Shown here in pieces: positions 1-9,540 of a DNA stretch of 64,000 bases. The notes beneath the pieces were generated by a model that was not told the DNA's origin, did no database searches, and was given only the letters and a program-made list of their open reading frames with translations. Position numbers and translations under genes: made by a program. Within the stretch, counting starts at the first letter, position 1. Each line of letters starts with the position of its first letter. Source of the DNA: a virus; IMG/VR virus record IMGVR_UViG_3300030616_000001, positions 30,959 through 94,958 of that record. The stretch is one strand, 5' to 3'.

Positions 1-1
1 C

Positions 2-118
2 GATGGCCACGGCCGCCTTGTACAGTGCGTCCAGGATCTGCGCGTCGCTCATCCCGAAGAACGAGATCGGCACGCCGTCGTCGTTCTCCTGGCTCGATGT
101 GAAGATTCCGATTTCCAC
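2..118 (-). CDS. 5' part of a head-region protein running off the window (VEIGIFTSSQENDDG...)
   Basis: GGGAGG RBS then GTG at 118; frame open to the window edge. Confidence 0.6.
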   Translation of the reverse strand, partial: MEIGIFTSSQENDDGVPISFFGMSDAQILDALYKAAVAI

Positions 119-144
119 GGTGTACCTCCCAGGGGATCAGCGGG

Positions 145-1068
145 CTAGTCGCGGCCGCGCTCCTTCGCCTTGCGGATCTGCGAGGCCTGCTCCTCGGGTG
201 TCTGGTTCTTGGCCGCCAGGTCGCGCCCGCCGAGCCACGCGCTCGAGGCCTTGCTGACGTCGCCGTCGCCGTCCCCCTCGTCGCCGTCGCCGTCGCCGTC
301 GCCACCCTCGTCGCCCTCGTCACCGTCGCCGTCGTCCAGCTTCTCCAGCTCGGGCAACACCGCCTCGGCCGCGGCCTTGAGCTCGTCGCACTTGGCCATG
401 ATCGCGGCGCTGGTGCGGATCGCGTCCTTGAGGGGCCAGTCGTCCCACAGGGAGTCCAGCTGGTCCTTGGTCAGTTCCCCGGACTCGATCGCGGCCTTGA
501 TCTTGCCGTACTTCTCCAGGAGGGTGTCGATGGCCTCCATGGCGAGGGCCTGGGCCGTTGGCTTGTCGCCCTGCTTGCCCGCCGCCGGTTCGACCGAACC
601 GTCCCCGTCGCCGCTGTCACCGGTCCCCTCGTCCCCCGCGCCCTCGTCACCTTCGCCGGCGCCGTCCATGTCGTCCTGCTTGGCGGCCTCCAGGGCAGCG
701 ATCCGATCCTCCAGTGCGGCGATCACGTCGGCCTCGGACTTCTCCACGGGGAGTTCCACCGCGACCAGGCCCTCGGAGTCGGTGACCCCCTGGGCCTTGA
801 CCGCGGCCAGGTTCTTCTTGACCAGTGGCAGCAGGTCCATGTCGCCGTCCTCGATCTTCTGGACCGCGTCCTCGTGCCACGCCTTGAACTCGGCCAGGGT
901 CATGGTCTTGAGGGTGGTCGCGGCCTCCTCGTCGGCCTCGGTCGCGGCCTTGATCGCCGCGCTGATCTTCGCCAACTCGGCGGCCTCCTCCTTGGACAGC
1001 TTGTCCTTGGCGCTCTTGGCCGCGAGAACGGCCTGACGCTTCACCAGCTCGAGAAATTTCTTGTTCAT
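145..1068 (-). CDS. Acidic, helical scaffold-like head protein
   Basis: 307 aa coiled-coil with GDGD-rich linkers; lies downstream of portal/MuF; RBS GGAGA; function inferred from position. Confidence 0.55.
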   Translation of the reverse strand: MNKKFLELVKRQAVLAAKSAKDKLSKEEAAELAKISAAIKAATEADEEAATTLKTMTLAEFKAWHEDAVQKIEDGDMDLLPLVKKNLAAVKAQGVTDSEGLVAVELPVEKSEADVIAALEDRIAALEAAKQDDMDGAGEGDEGAGDEGTGDSGDGDGSVEPAAGKQGDKPTAQALAMEAIDTLLEKYGKIKAAIESGELTKDQLDSLWDDWPLKDAIRTSAAIMAKCDELKAAAEAVLPELEKLDDGDGDEGDEGGDGDGDGDEGDGDGDVSKASSAWLGGRDLAAKNQTPEEQASQIRKAKERGRD

Positions 1069-1433
1069 TGGGTGTCTCCTTCCGGCACGCCGTAGGAACC
1101 CCTCGCAGGAGCCGGCGTGTAGATTCCTCCGTCCAGTTCACAGCGCAACGCGCGTCCCATCTCGGCCTCGATCCTGGAGATGGAGTATCCAAGATCGCCG
1201 CGGAACACGCGGAACCAACGCGCCATCTTCTCGGCGCGTCTCTTCATCTCTGACCCGGTCTGAACCCGTTCCCGGAAGGCCTTGCCCATGACCTTCTCGT
1301 CGTGGTCGAACGACTCGCGGAGGACCCTCTCGAACATGGCCATCGCTCGCTTCGCCTGGTGCGGTTGCAGCATCAGGTCCGCGAATGGACCGCCCGTCGC
1401 CGAGCCAATGGGCTTTGGGATTAGCACTTCCAT
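1065..1433 (-). CDS. Hypothetical protein
   Basis: 122 aa ORF with ATGA overlap to the next gene. Confidence 0.75.
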   Translation of the reverse strand: MEVLIPKPIGSATGGPFADLMLQPHQAKRAMAMFERVLRESFDHDEKVMGKAFRERVQTGSEMKRRAEKMARWFRVFRGDLGYSISRIEAEMGRALRCELDGGIYTPAPARGSYGVPEGDTQ

Positions 1434-1440
1434 TTTCTAC

Positions 1441-1470
1441 AGCCTACTCCTTTCTGCTGGATCTCGTCAA
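1441..1470 (-). promoter_or_regulatory. Possible sigma70-type promoter TTGACG-N18-TAGGCT
   Basis: Intergenic, 7 nt before the ATG at 1433. Confidence 0.4.
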
Positions 1471-1478
1471 CTCTATCG

Positions 1479-1781
1479 TCAACTCGGCCAGTCGACGTGT
1501 TCGTCGTCAACGTCCAGCCCGATGCTGGGCAGCGCCAAGCAGAGCGCCTGGTAGTTGCCCGAGAAACCCTTCCACCCCTTGACCACGCCGGCGTCCATGC
1601 TCATGTCCGAGAACGTCACCGCTCCCAGATCGGCGCGGACCTCGAGCAGCCTCGTGATCGCCTTCTCCGTCTCCTTGGTGGCGTACCACCACTCACCCTT
1701 GCCTGTTCTGTCCCCGCCCTTCCAGCGCAGGATCGCCGCCACGTTGCCGTTGCGGTCCGTGATCGGAATCTGACCCGTCAT
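1479..1781 (-). CDS. Hypothetical protein, candidate immunity partner of the MuF C-terminal domain
   Basis: 100 aa; ATGA overlap with the MuF stop. Confidence 0.6.
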   Translation of the reverse strand: MTGQIPITDRNGNVAAILRWKGGDRTGKGEWWYATKETEKAITRLLEVRADLGAVTFSDMSMDAGVVKGWKGFSGNYQALCLALPSIGLDVDDEHVDWPS

Positions 1782-4700
1782 GGAATGAAGCTCCCCTTGG
1801 CCTGGGCCATGTAGTAGCCGACGTGATCCGGGTTGGCCTCGTACATCACGTTGAGCTTGGGGTTAACGGCGGTGTCGGCGGCGAACGACTCCGACATCAC
1901 CGAGTTGGTTTCCGCGCCACGGTGGCTGTAGACGCGGCCGCAGTACGAGTCACCCCACTTCCCGCGCTTGTACCGGTAGGAGTAGCCGCTGGAGTACGTC
2001 TTGGTGAACACCTTGCCACCGTGCGTGGCGTATGTATCGCGGAACGCCAGTGCCGCATCGAGTCCCTTGCCCAACGTGTCCACGTAGTGCCCGAACTCGT
2101 GGCGGAAGATCGCGGACAACCGGGTCGCGCTCGCATCGGCGGGCAGCACGATCACGTTCAGGCTCTGCATGTAGTAGGCGCCGTCGTAGGCGTGCGTGGC
2201 CTTGAAGATCCTGGGCAGTCCCCTTTTCAGCGCCTCGTCCATAACCCGCTGGGACAGGTGCTCGAACGCCTCGTTGTACAGCTTGGCGGCGGCGTCGTGG
2301 GACACCTTGCGCAGCCCCACCTTGGACGGGGCGACGAACGCTCCCATCGACCCCTCCTTGACCGACCGCTGCGTGGCCTTGCGCACAACGTCCGTCTCGA
2401 CCTGGAACACCTTGTCCGTGTGCTTGCTGACGATCCCCTTGTTGAACCGCCTCACCTTGCCCGTCTCGGCCTGGACGAAGTCGCGGATCCTGGCGGCACG
2501 TTCGTGCTTATGGAGGTTGCGGCCGAACCGCCGCTGCATCTTGGCCGTCTCGGTGGCCAGGTAGTCGGACAGCCGTGCGCTCTCCCGCTTGATCCGCTCC
2601 TTCAGCTGCTTCTTCACAGACACCCCATCGAGGAGGCCATACTCGCTGTAGTCGGCAGCCTTCCCGGCGCCGGGCTGTTGCGGCTTGGGTGGCGCAGGCG
2701 GCTTCTTCTTCGGCTTCTTCTTTTTCGGCCCCTCGATCTTGGGCTTGGGCTTCGGCCTGACCGTGGGATCGGTGGGCTTCTTTTTCGGCTTCTTCTTGGG
2801 CGGCGTGGTGGGACGCTTGGGACCTGGGCCGGACTTGGGCGCCATCTTGGGCGCGGGTTTGCCGAACGTGACCTTGGAGGGATCGGTGGTGCGCTGAATG
2901 TATCCACGCTTCTCCATCCTGCCCAGGACCGTCTCGATCCGCTCGTCGGTGGCGGCCTTCCTCAGCGCCTTGATGTCGTGGCGTGCCGCGACCCGCAGAT
3001 CGCTGTTGAACTTGATGTACTGGAGGTCCCCGGTGGTGCTGCTGCGCAGGGTGTAGACCCGGTGGGCCGCGGGTTGTGCCGTCTCGGCGAGCACCACCTC
3101 GCGCGTGGTCGCGCTGCCCAACCTCTCGATGTGCATCACCACGCCGTTGGTGTCTGCGGACAGGTTGAGCTTCTTGGACAGGTCGGACAGCACGTCCTTG
3201 ACCGGGTCCTTCGCCTTGGCCACCTGGGCCGGTTTCGCCATGCCGCGGATCACCCGGTACTCCGGGTCGTACTGGTATCGCTGATAGACCGCCGCCGGTT
3301 TCATCTCGCCCGTTGCCGGGTTGGAGAACCACCGCTTGTGCAGCCGTCCCGGCGCCACGAAGTCCTCGGTGAACGGATACCGTTCGATCAGGTCGGGATC
3401 GCCCACCGACACGGGCTTGTCCTGGGACGGAACGGGGTGACCGATCTGCGGCCGCGGCCCGACCCCGCTCGGCACCTTGCCGCCCTTGGGCACGATCTTC
3501 GGCGCCACTGGAGCTCCGCCGCCTGCACGGGGCATCTGGTTGCGCGGCACCGACACCGTGGTGGTGACCGGGATCGTCCACGACCTGCAGAGGTGGTGGT
3601 ACGGTGGCGGCCCGATGTTGGCGTCGGCCAGTTGGTTGCCGGCCTTGTAGTATTTGAAGATCCCTCTGTCATCGAGGCGCCCCATGCCGCTGCGGACCAC
3701 GTCCGCGATCTTGGTGCCGTTGTTGGCCGTGACGATGGACTTGACCCCGGTCTTCTGGTCCACACGCTCACGGAGGAACGGCGATGCGTCTCGGATGTCC
3801 TCGGGACGTGCCACGTTCATCGCGCCTATGATCTGCTGGCTCACAACGTGCGTCTCGATGATCTGGCCGTCCAGGCACCGGCAGATTTCTGTGGTGCGTT
3901 CGTCCAGAACCGCCTGGACCTCGAGCGCCTCTATGCCCACCTCGATGTAGCCGCTGACCTCGGCGTAGGAACGGGCGCGGTTGATCGCCGCCGACGCCAC
4001 CGCTGTGAAGTACCTGGCCCCCATCGCCTGCCACGCCTGGGGGATCGCCTTCTGGAGCGCGGCACCGATCTCGGTGCGGCCCAACCCGTCCCGCAATCCC
4101 TGTTGCACCACGTTCCGCGCACGTGCGGTCAACCTGTCCGACCGGACACCGGCGGCGTCCCGCATCCACCACCCGTTCTGATCCGCGATGGTCTGGATCG
4201 CCACGAGGTCGGGCTGGCGCAGGGACATGCCCACCGACGGCAGGAAGTTGGACCGCACCACCTTGCGTGCGTTGGTGAACACACCCTGGAGCTTGGTTTC
4301 CACCTTGGTGCGCCACGTCGGCATCACGTCCTTCGCAGCTGCCCCCAGCATCTTGCGGAGATCGCCACGGATCATCGCCAGCTTCTTCGCGCTGTCCTGG
4401 GCGGACAGGTTGGGCCAGTCGATGTTGAGGCGCCGAACGTACTTCTCCAGCTTGGGCGCCAGGATCTCCCGCTCGGCGAATCGCAGCTGCCCGGCGAGTC
4501 GTTGGGCGATCAGGCGCGAGTCCACTGGATCCTGCGGGGACAGGGCCTTCTCCACCAGCACACCACTCGGCCCAACCATCGACGCCGCGGCGTTGAGCTC
4601 GGCCTCGGCGGGTCGCATCGGGGTGATCGTCTCCACCCTCTCAAACACCGTGCGCCGTCCCCTGAACCGGGAACGGAGGATCGTGACCTCCCCCATAGGG

Positions 4701-4930
4701 AGACACTTCACGGCCTCCTGGCGGACATGCTGCATGGTGCGTGCGTCGACGTGGACCGGGACCACCCCGGCCCCGCCCATAACGACCATCGCGTACCCTT
4801 CGGCCTTGACCAGTGGCGCCTTGCCCCGCACGCCCACCTTCCACAGCGCCACAACGGGGTCGGTCCCCAGGTCAGCGACCGGATCCAAGGTCATGAACCC
4901 GCTCGCGGGCGTGGAGTACGCGCCGAGCAT
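1778..4930 (-). CDS. MuF / SPP1 gp7-family minor head protein with Pro/Lys linker and C-terminal HExxH metallopeptidase-like domain
   Basis: MuF motifs LDERTTEICRCLDG and PPYHHLCRS; HEFGH near the C-terminus; start re-picked at MLGAYS (4930). Confidence 0.88.
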   Translation of the reverse strand: MLGAYSTPASGFMTLDPVADLGTDPVVALWKVGVRGKAPLVKAEGYAMVVMGGAGVVPVHVDARTMQHVRQEAVKCLPMGEVTILRSRFRGRRTVFERVETITPMRPAEAELNAAASMVGPSGVLVEKALSPQDPVDSRLIAQRLAGQLRFAEREILAPKLEKYVRRLNIDWPNLSAQDSAKKLAMIRGDLRKMLGAAAKDVMPTWRTKVETKLQGVFTNARKVVRSNFLPSVGMSLRQPDLVAIQTIADQNGWWMRDAAGVRSDRLTARARNVVQQGLRDGLGRTEIGAALQKAIPQAWQAMGARYFTAVASAAINRARSYAEVSGYIEVGIEALEVQAVLDERTTEICRCLDGQIIETHVVSQQIIGAMNVARPEDIRDASPFLRERVDQKTGVKSIVTANNGTKIADVVRSGMGRLDDRGIFKYYKAGNQLADANIGPPPYHHLCRSWTIPVTTTVSVPRNQMPRAGGGAPVAPKIVPKGGKVPSGVGPRPQIGHPVPSQDKPVSVGDPDLIERYPFTEDFVAPGRLHKRWFSNPATGEMKPAAVYQRYQYDPEYRVIRGMAKPAQVAKAKDPVKDVLSDLSKKLNLSADTNGVVMHIERLGSATTREVVLAETAQPAAHRVYTLRSSTTGDLQYIKFNSDLRVAARHDIKALRKAATDERIETVLGRMEKRGYIQRTTDPSKVTFGKPAPKMAPKSGPGPKRPTTPPKKKPKKKPTDPTVRPKPKPKIEGPKKKKPKKKPPAPPKPQQPGAGKAADYSEYGLLDGVSVKKQLKERIKRESARLSDYLATETAKMQRRFGRNLHKHERAARIRDFVQAETGKVRRFNKGIVSKHTDKVFQVETDVVRKATQRSVKEGSMGAFVAPSKVGLRKVSHDAAAKLYNEAFEHLSQRVMDEALKRGLPRIFKATHAYDGAYYMQSLNVIVLPADASATRLSAIFRHEFGHYVDTLGKGLDAALAFRDTYATHGGKVFTKTYSSGYSYRYKRGKWGDSYCGRVYSHRGAETNSVMSESFAADTAVNPKLNVMYEANPDHVGYYMAQAKGSFIP

Positions 4931-5307
4931 TAGGACTCCGAGGGTTCGATCTCGAGCTTGGGCGGCGGCTTGACGCCTGCCTTGGCCAGCTTCTTCGGGA
5001 TGGGCCTGGACGGGCGCACCGGAGGTTCGCACTCGGTGGCTCGCCCGTTCTTGATCGTGAACCAGATCCCGCACTTCTTGCAGTGGCCGCTGCCGCAGTG
5101 GATCGGGCGGTCCAGGGTGGGCGAGGACTTGGCGTTGTACACCTCGGCCCTGGTGAACTGCATCGCGTGGCACTTGGGACACCGGAGGATCACGGCGCCG
5201 CTACGGTGGGCCATGATGTCACCGAGGGCGGGGTGGGGACGGCGCCCAAGGGTGTCCACGCCGTCGATCACCTTGTACGGTCCGTCGTACCATTCCCGCT
5301 CGGTCAT
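4930..5307 (-). CDS. Zn-binding protein, DUF6527-like
   Basis: CPKC and PTLDRPIHCGSGHCKKCGIWFTIKNG; GGAGG RBS before MTEREW. Confidence 0.5.
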   Translation of the reverse strand: MTEREWYDGPYKVIDGVDTLGRRPHPALGDIMAHRSGAVILRCPKCHAMQFTRAEVYNAKSSPTLDRPIHCGSGHCKKCGIWFTIKNGRATECEPPVRPSRPIPKKLAKAGVKPPPKLEIEPSES

Positions 5308-5828
5308 CTGTCCCCTCCAGGTGGGCGCCCCTTGGCCCACAGCGGCCCGAACTGGACGTCCACGGTGCCGACCGCGTCCGGGTCCAGTGAGTGGACGCCG
5401 GCGCAGAACCCACGGAACGCGGCGGTGCCGTCGAGCACGGTCAGGACCTCGGTGGAGAACGGGGTGAACGCCCCGGGGTTGGCCGGGACGGGCTGCGGCG
5501 GCTCCTGCTTGGTGTACGCCAGATAGAACGCCGCGTACTTCGCAGCCGCGTTGGCGATCATGGCCAGGGCGCCTTCCAGCTTGCCGGTCTTCTGGTTGAC
5601 GACCAGACCGAACGAGTTGGCAGCGACCTCACACGCCCAGTCGTACCTGGCGGCGGCCATCGACTCGCCGAGTTCACCGCCGCCGTACTGGCGCTCCAGT
5701 CCCTTGGTGAATGTGAACTTGAGCTCCACGAGGTCGTCCTCGCGCGGCCGAGGGATCGGGATCGGCAACGGAACCGTGATCGGGTCCAGTTCGTCGGGGA
5801 ATGTGTCCCCACCACCACCGCTTGCCAT
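5304..5828 (-). CDS. Hypothetical virion-region protein
   Basis: 174 aa; RBS GAGGA; ATGA overlap. Confidence 0.75.
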   Translation of the reverse strand: MASGGGGDTFPDELDPITVPLPIPIPRPREDDLVELKFTFTKGLERQYGGGELGESMAAARYDWACEVAANSFGLVVNQKTGKLEGALAMIANAAAKYAAFYLAYTKQEPPQPVPANPGAFTPFSTEVLTVLDGTAAFRGFCAGVHSLDPDAVGTVDVQFGPLWAKGRPPGGDR

Positions 5829-5897
5829 CTAGTCCTCGTCCTTCGGCGGCCAGTCCTTGGGTACTGGGCGCGGTTTCGGTTTGTCGTCGGATCGCAT
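5829..5897 (-). CDS. 22-aa small protein MRSDDKPKPRPVPKDWPPKDED
   Basis: RBS GAAAGGA; fills the gap and its stop abuts the next ATG. Confidence 0.45.
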   Translation of the reverse strand: MRSDDKPKPRPVPKDWPPKDED

Positions 5898-5916
5898 GTC
5901 GTGTCCTTTCCGCCGT

Positions 5917-7035
5917 CTACGCGGGTGCGCCTGTCGCGTCTACCCAACCGGCGCCGGCCCACCAGATAGGCATGCCGAGTGTCGTGTCGAAATACTGCTT
6001 GCCGGTGTCTGTCGCTCCCAGGGCACCGGGCCTGTCGCCCGTGACGCCGTAACCCAGGTGCATCGACACCGCGCCCTTGTCCACGTACTTCGTCTCCTTG
6101 GTGGCGGGGTCGCGTGCCAGGATGTGTGTCAGGACGTCGTCCTGGGCCGGGTCGTCCCAGATGTTGAGGTTGCGCTGGTACACCTTGTCGGGGTCGGTGA
6201 TCGTGACGCCGTTCAGTCCGATGGCCACCGACCTGTCGGCGGTCGCTTCCATCACCACCGTCCGGCCGCCGATGATCTGCGCCTCGGTGGCGCCGGCCTT
6301 GATCTCGTGGTTGAGGCCACCCCAGATCCCGCACCGTGTCGCCGCCGCGCCGGTCTGGGTCGCACCGTAGGACCCGTTGACCGTGGAGAAGTTGTACGAA
6401 CCCTGCCCGCGTGCCTGGAGGTAGCGGATCGTGGCGCCGCTCCAGTATCCGTTGCCGATCGCGACGGCCGTGGCGGCGGTCGCCTTGCAGAATCCGCCGA
6501 TCGCCACCGCGCTCCAGTACGTCGCCTCACACTCCATGCCGATGGCGAGCGCGTACCCCTCGTTGGCCTTGGACTTGTAGCCGAGGGCGGTGGCTCCCCA
6601 CCCCTTGGCCTCGTTCTCCTCGCCTCGGGTCATCGCGTAGGATCCAGACGCTTCGGACTGGCCGGCCAACGCGGCCGCGGCGTACCCCGACACGTCGTTG
6701 AGGAATCCGGCCGCGAACGAGGACGGCCCAAGGGTGGCGCCTGGATCCCGTGGCGGGTATGCCGGGCCGTACGCGTCGATGCTCGAGATGTCGAACGCCC
6801 CGTGGACCGTTCCGAGTCCCGCGATCAGGTCGAGCGCGTTGAGTGCGCCGATGTCGATGTCCAGTGGCATGGACATGACCGCCGAACTGCCCACGTCCAG
6901 GACGCTCTGGAGATCCTGCATGATCCCGCCGGCGTTCACGAGGTCCACAAGCTCGTTGATCTTCTCCACCACGGGATGGTCCATCCCGTTGAGGATCCCT
7001 TGGATGTCGTCACTGGTGAGTTTCTCCGCTGTCAT
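5917..7035 (-). CDS. Fibre/spike-like protein with YadA-like beta-roll repeats
   Basis: Repeats ATALG/ALAIG/AVAIG; C-terminal YFDTTLGMPIWWAGAGWVDATG motif typical of phage spike ends. Confidence 0.7.
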   Translation of the reverse strand: MTAEKLTSDDIQGILNGMDHPVVEKINELVDLVNAGGIMQDLQSVLDVGSSAVMSMPLDIDIGALNALDLIAGLGTVHGAFDISSIDAYGPAYPPRDPGATLGPSSFAAGFLNDVSGYAAAALAGQSEASGSYAMTRGEENEAKGWGATALGYKSKANEGYALAIGMECEATYWSAVAIGGFCKATAATAVAIGNGYWSGATIRYLQARGQGSYNFSTVNGSYGATQTGAAATRCGIWGGLNHEIKAGATEAQIIGGRTVVMEATADRSVAIGLNGVTITDPDKVYQRNLNIWDDPAQDDVLTHILARDPATKETKYVDKGAVSMHLGYGVTGDRPGALGATDTGKQYFDTTLGMPIWWAGAGWVDATGAPA

Positions 7036-7262
7036 TGATCTCTCCTGTATTCGCGGCCCAGCGTGGCGGGAGAGACGACCCGCTCCATACCGCCGAGGCC
7101 AGAGATGGCGGACGTGAGGCGGATCATGCCTGTGTCGTCCACCTCGGCGACACGGACGCGGCGCATCGGGTGCGGTTCGCCGGCCTCGTCGATCGCCAGG
7201 TTGATGAAGTAGTCCCCGACGTGGACTGACGGATCCTTTGCGGCGTCGAACAGGCTACCCAT
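7032..7262 (-). CDS. Hypothetical protein
   Basis: 76 aa, overlaps both neighbours. Confidence 0.7.
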   Translation of the reverse strand: MGSLFDAAKDPSVHVGDYFINLAIDEAGEPHPMRRVRVAEVDDTGMIRLTSAISGLGGMERVVSPATLGREYRRDQ

Positions 7263-9213
7263 CGTCCTCCTCCGCCTCCAGGTCGTCCACGTCCCGGAAC
7301 TCCGCGGACAGGTCCATGTCGAACCCGGCCTGGCGCAACTCGTCGGTGAGGATCGCCTCGACCCGCTTCGCCAACTGGTTCAGCTGGTTGGTCAGCTGCG
7401 CCATCGTCGCCACCTGCTCCTCGTCCCCCTCCTCGGGTACGACCTGGCCGCCCTCGCCGATCCCAGCGAGGGTCATCGGCATCGGCCACCGGCTCCACTC
7501 CTCCTCGACCTTGGCCAGGCCGCGGTTGAGCGCGTCGCCGAGCAACGTGCGGATCTCGTAGGGCAAGAGGCCGCCGTGGGGCGCCGCCACCTTGATCAGA
7601 TCAGCGATCTCCTCGGGGCTACGGGTCGGCGGGGAGTTGGACCGGAACTTGTGCAGGCCGACGCCGATCCTGGGCAGGATGTACTTGTTCACAACCCAGT
7701 CGATGTCCTCGCGCTCAGGCTCGAAAACCTGTTCCTCCGCGAACGACAACGCCGCGATGGCCGTGGCACGGTTGAGGTTCTTCGGGGTGTAGCCCCGCAG
7801 CATCGGTGGCAACCGGAACGAGGCGCCGATCCGATCCGCGCTGCGCTCGTCGTAGTTGGTGAAGGTGGCGTCGTTCTGCTGGGCGGACCGAAGGGACTCG
7901 AACTCCATCGTGGGCATCAGGGTGCGCTCCTCACCCTTCTGCTTCATGGGGTGCGCCTCCACGACCAGGATCTTGTGGCGGTTCTCGGACCCGCCGAACT
8001 CCTGGGTCATCCGCTGCTCGAGGCGGTCCTTCATGTCCCGGGGCACCTTGCCGCCGCCGACGAACAGGATCCCAGGCGGGATCGCGCTGCTGTCCAGGTA
8101 GAAGTAGTTCGTCTCGTCGGCCTCGCGCACTCCCAGAACGGCCAGGAGGTTGCCGATCCAGCGTGGCGGCGGACACGGGCTACGCGGGTCGTGGAGCGGG
8201 ATGTAGATCAGCTCGTTGGCTTCCTTCGCGTCCTTGCCCTCGCCGCCGTCTTCCTCTGGGCGCCGCATCTCCTGGACCGACTTGTAGATCGTGCCCGTGG
8301 TGGCGCTGATCACCCGTGGATCCCCGGGGGACTTGTAGTAGGACTTGCGGTCGCCGACGATCTGGACGTACCTGCGGAACCGACGGTGCACCAGGACCTC
8401 GCGTCCTTCGGACAGCGGTGTGACAGGATCCGGCTCGGTGACCTCGACCAGTTCGCCCTCGTCCCGTAGCGGCCGCACCGTGTAGCCCGGGATGTAGTTG
8501 AGGCGCTTCAACCGGTCGTAGCCGTCGGTCAGCATCTCCCACGCGCCCCACCCGTGCGCCTCGATGTCGTACCTGGTGACCCGGCGGAGTTTGATGAACG
8601 ACATCGCGCTGCAGCACGTCTTGAAGAACGCCTCGAACAGGAACTGCTCTCGGCGCAACGCAACGCGCAACTGCTCGCGGACGTCGTCGATCTCCTGGTC
8701 GGTGATCTCCCCGTCGTCGTCCTCGTCCACCGGCTCGCCGGCGTCGGGATCCAGTTCAGGATCCGGCTCGTCCTCGTCGGCCTTCTCCGCGGCGTCCAGG
8801 GCGGCTTCCTCCTCCTCGACCCACCGCTCGATCTGGAGCGCGTTGCGGATCGCCTCGGTGGCCTCCTCGCTGTCCAGGTCCTCCATCCACGACTCGCACA
8901 CCACGGCCTGGAAACCATATCCCTCGATGTTGGTCTGATAGGCGGCGATGTTGGGCGCGACGTGGGGCGTCAGCTCGATGTAGTTGAGAAGGGACTCGGG
9001 GTCGTAGGGTGGTTCCACCGCGCCGGCGTCACCGTACACCTCGCGCCGACGGTCCAGGGCGCCGATCGCCTGACTCTCGTCGACGGAACGGCCGGTCATC
9101 ACCGCTGCCTTGGCCAGGACCTCCCGGATGTCCACCACGAACCCGGTGTCGTCCGTCTTGCCCTTGGTGGTGTGCCCGCCCTTGGCCCCGCCTCTTTTCG
9201 CGGGACCCCCCAT
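7255..9213 (-). CDS. Portal protein (PBSX-like family)
   Basis: VEPPYD, IPPGILFVGGG and IGASFRLPP..NRATA..FAEEQVFEP motifs; between TerL and MuF; acidic insertion. Confidence 0.9.
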   Translation of the reverse strand: MGGPAKRGGAKGGHTTKGKTDDTGFVVDIREVLAKAAVMTGRSVDESQAIGALDRRREVYGDAGAVEPPYDPESLLNYIELTPHVAPNIAAYQTNIEGYGFQAVVCESWMEDLDSEEATEAIRNALQIERWVEEEEAALDAAEKADEDEPDPELDPDAGEPVDEDDDGEITDQEIDDVREQLRVALRREQFLFEAFFKTCCSAMSFIKLRRVTRYDIEAHGWGAWEMLTDGYDRLKRLNYIPGYTVRPLRDEGELVEVTEPDPVTPLSEGREVLVHRRFRRYVQIVGDRKSYYKSPGDPRVISATTGTIYKSVQEMRRPEEDGGEGKDAKEANELIYIPLHDPRSPCPPPRWIGNLLAVLGVREADETNYFYLDSSAIPPGILFVGGGKVPRDMKDRLEQRMTQEFGGSENRHKILVVEAHPMKQKGEERTLMPTMEFESLRSAQQNDATFTNYDERSADRIGASFRLPPMLRGYTPKNLNRATAIAALSFAEEQVFEPEREDIDWVVNKYILPRIGVGLHKFRSNSPPTRSPEEIADLIKVAAPHGGLLPYEIRTLLGDALNRGLAKVEEEWSRWPMPMTLAGIGEGGQVVPEEGDEEQVATMAQLTNQLNQLAKRVEAILTDELRQAGFDMDLSAEFRDVDDLEAEEDDG

Positions 9214-9530
9214 CACAGAACCTTGCCGGCGATCTTGAGCTCGGCGCTGTTGAGGACCCCGGCGTTGGTGCCGTTGACCCGCACGTAGTTGTACTGCGCG
9301 GGGATCACCCCCTGTGCGTCCGCCGGTCCCAGGCCCGCCTGGATCGCGGTCCACACGTCGCCGGCCACCGAACCCTCCAGGGTGAACACAGCCACCACCC
9401 CCACGTCGGTCTGGTACTCGTACCCCTTGTCCGACATCTGGCGCACGTCGTGCTCGTGGCCGGCGCCCAGGGGCAGCGAACCTACCGGGTTCTCGTCGAA
9501 CGGATACACTCTGATCTCTGGCATCGCCAT
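9213..9530 (-). CDS. Hypothetical beta-rich virion protein
   Basis: 105 aa; GGAGGA RBS. Confidence 0.7.
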   Translation of the reverse strand: MAMPEIRVYPFDENPVGSLPLGAGHEHDVRQMSDKGYEYQTDVGVVAVFTLEGSVAGDVWTAIQAGLGPADAQGVIPAQYNYVRVNGTNAGVLNSAELKIAGKVL

Positions 9531-9540
9531 GTGGTCCTCC

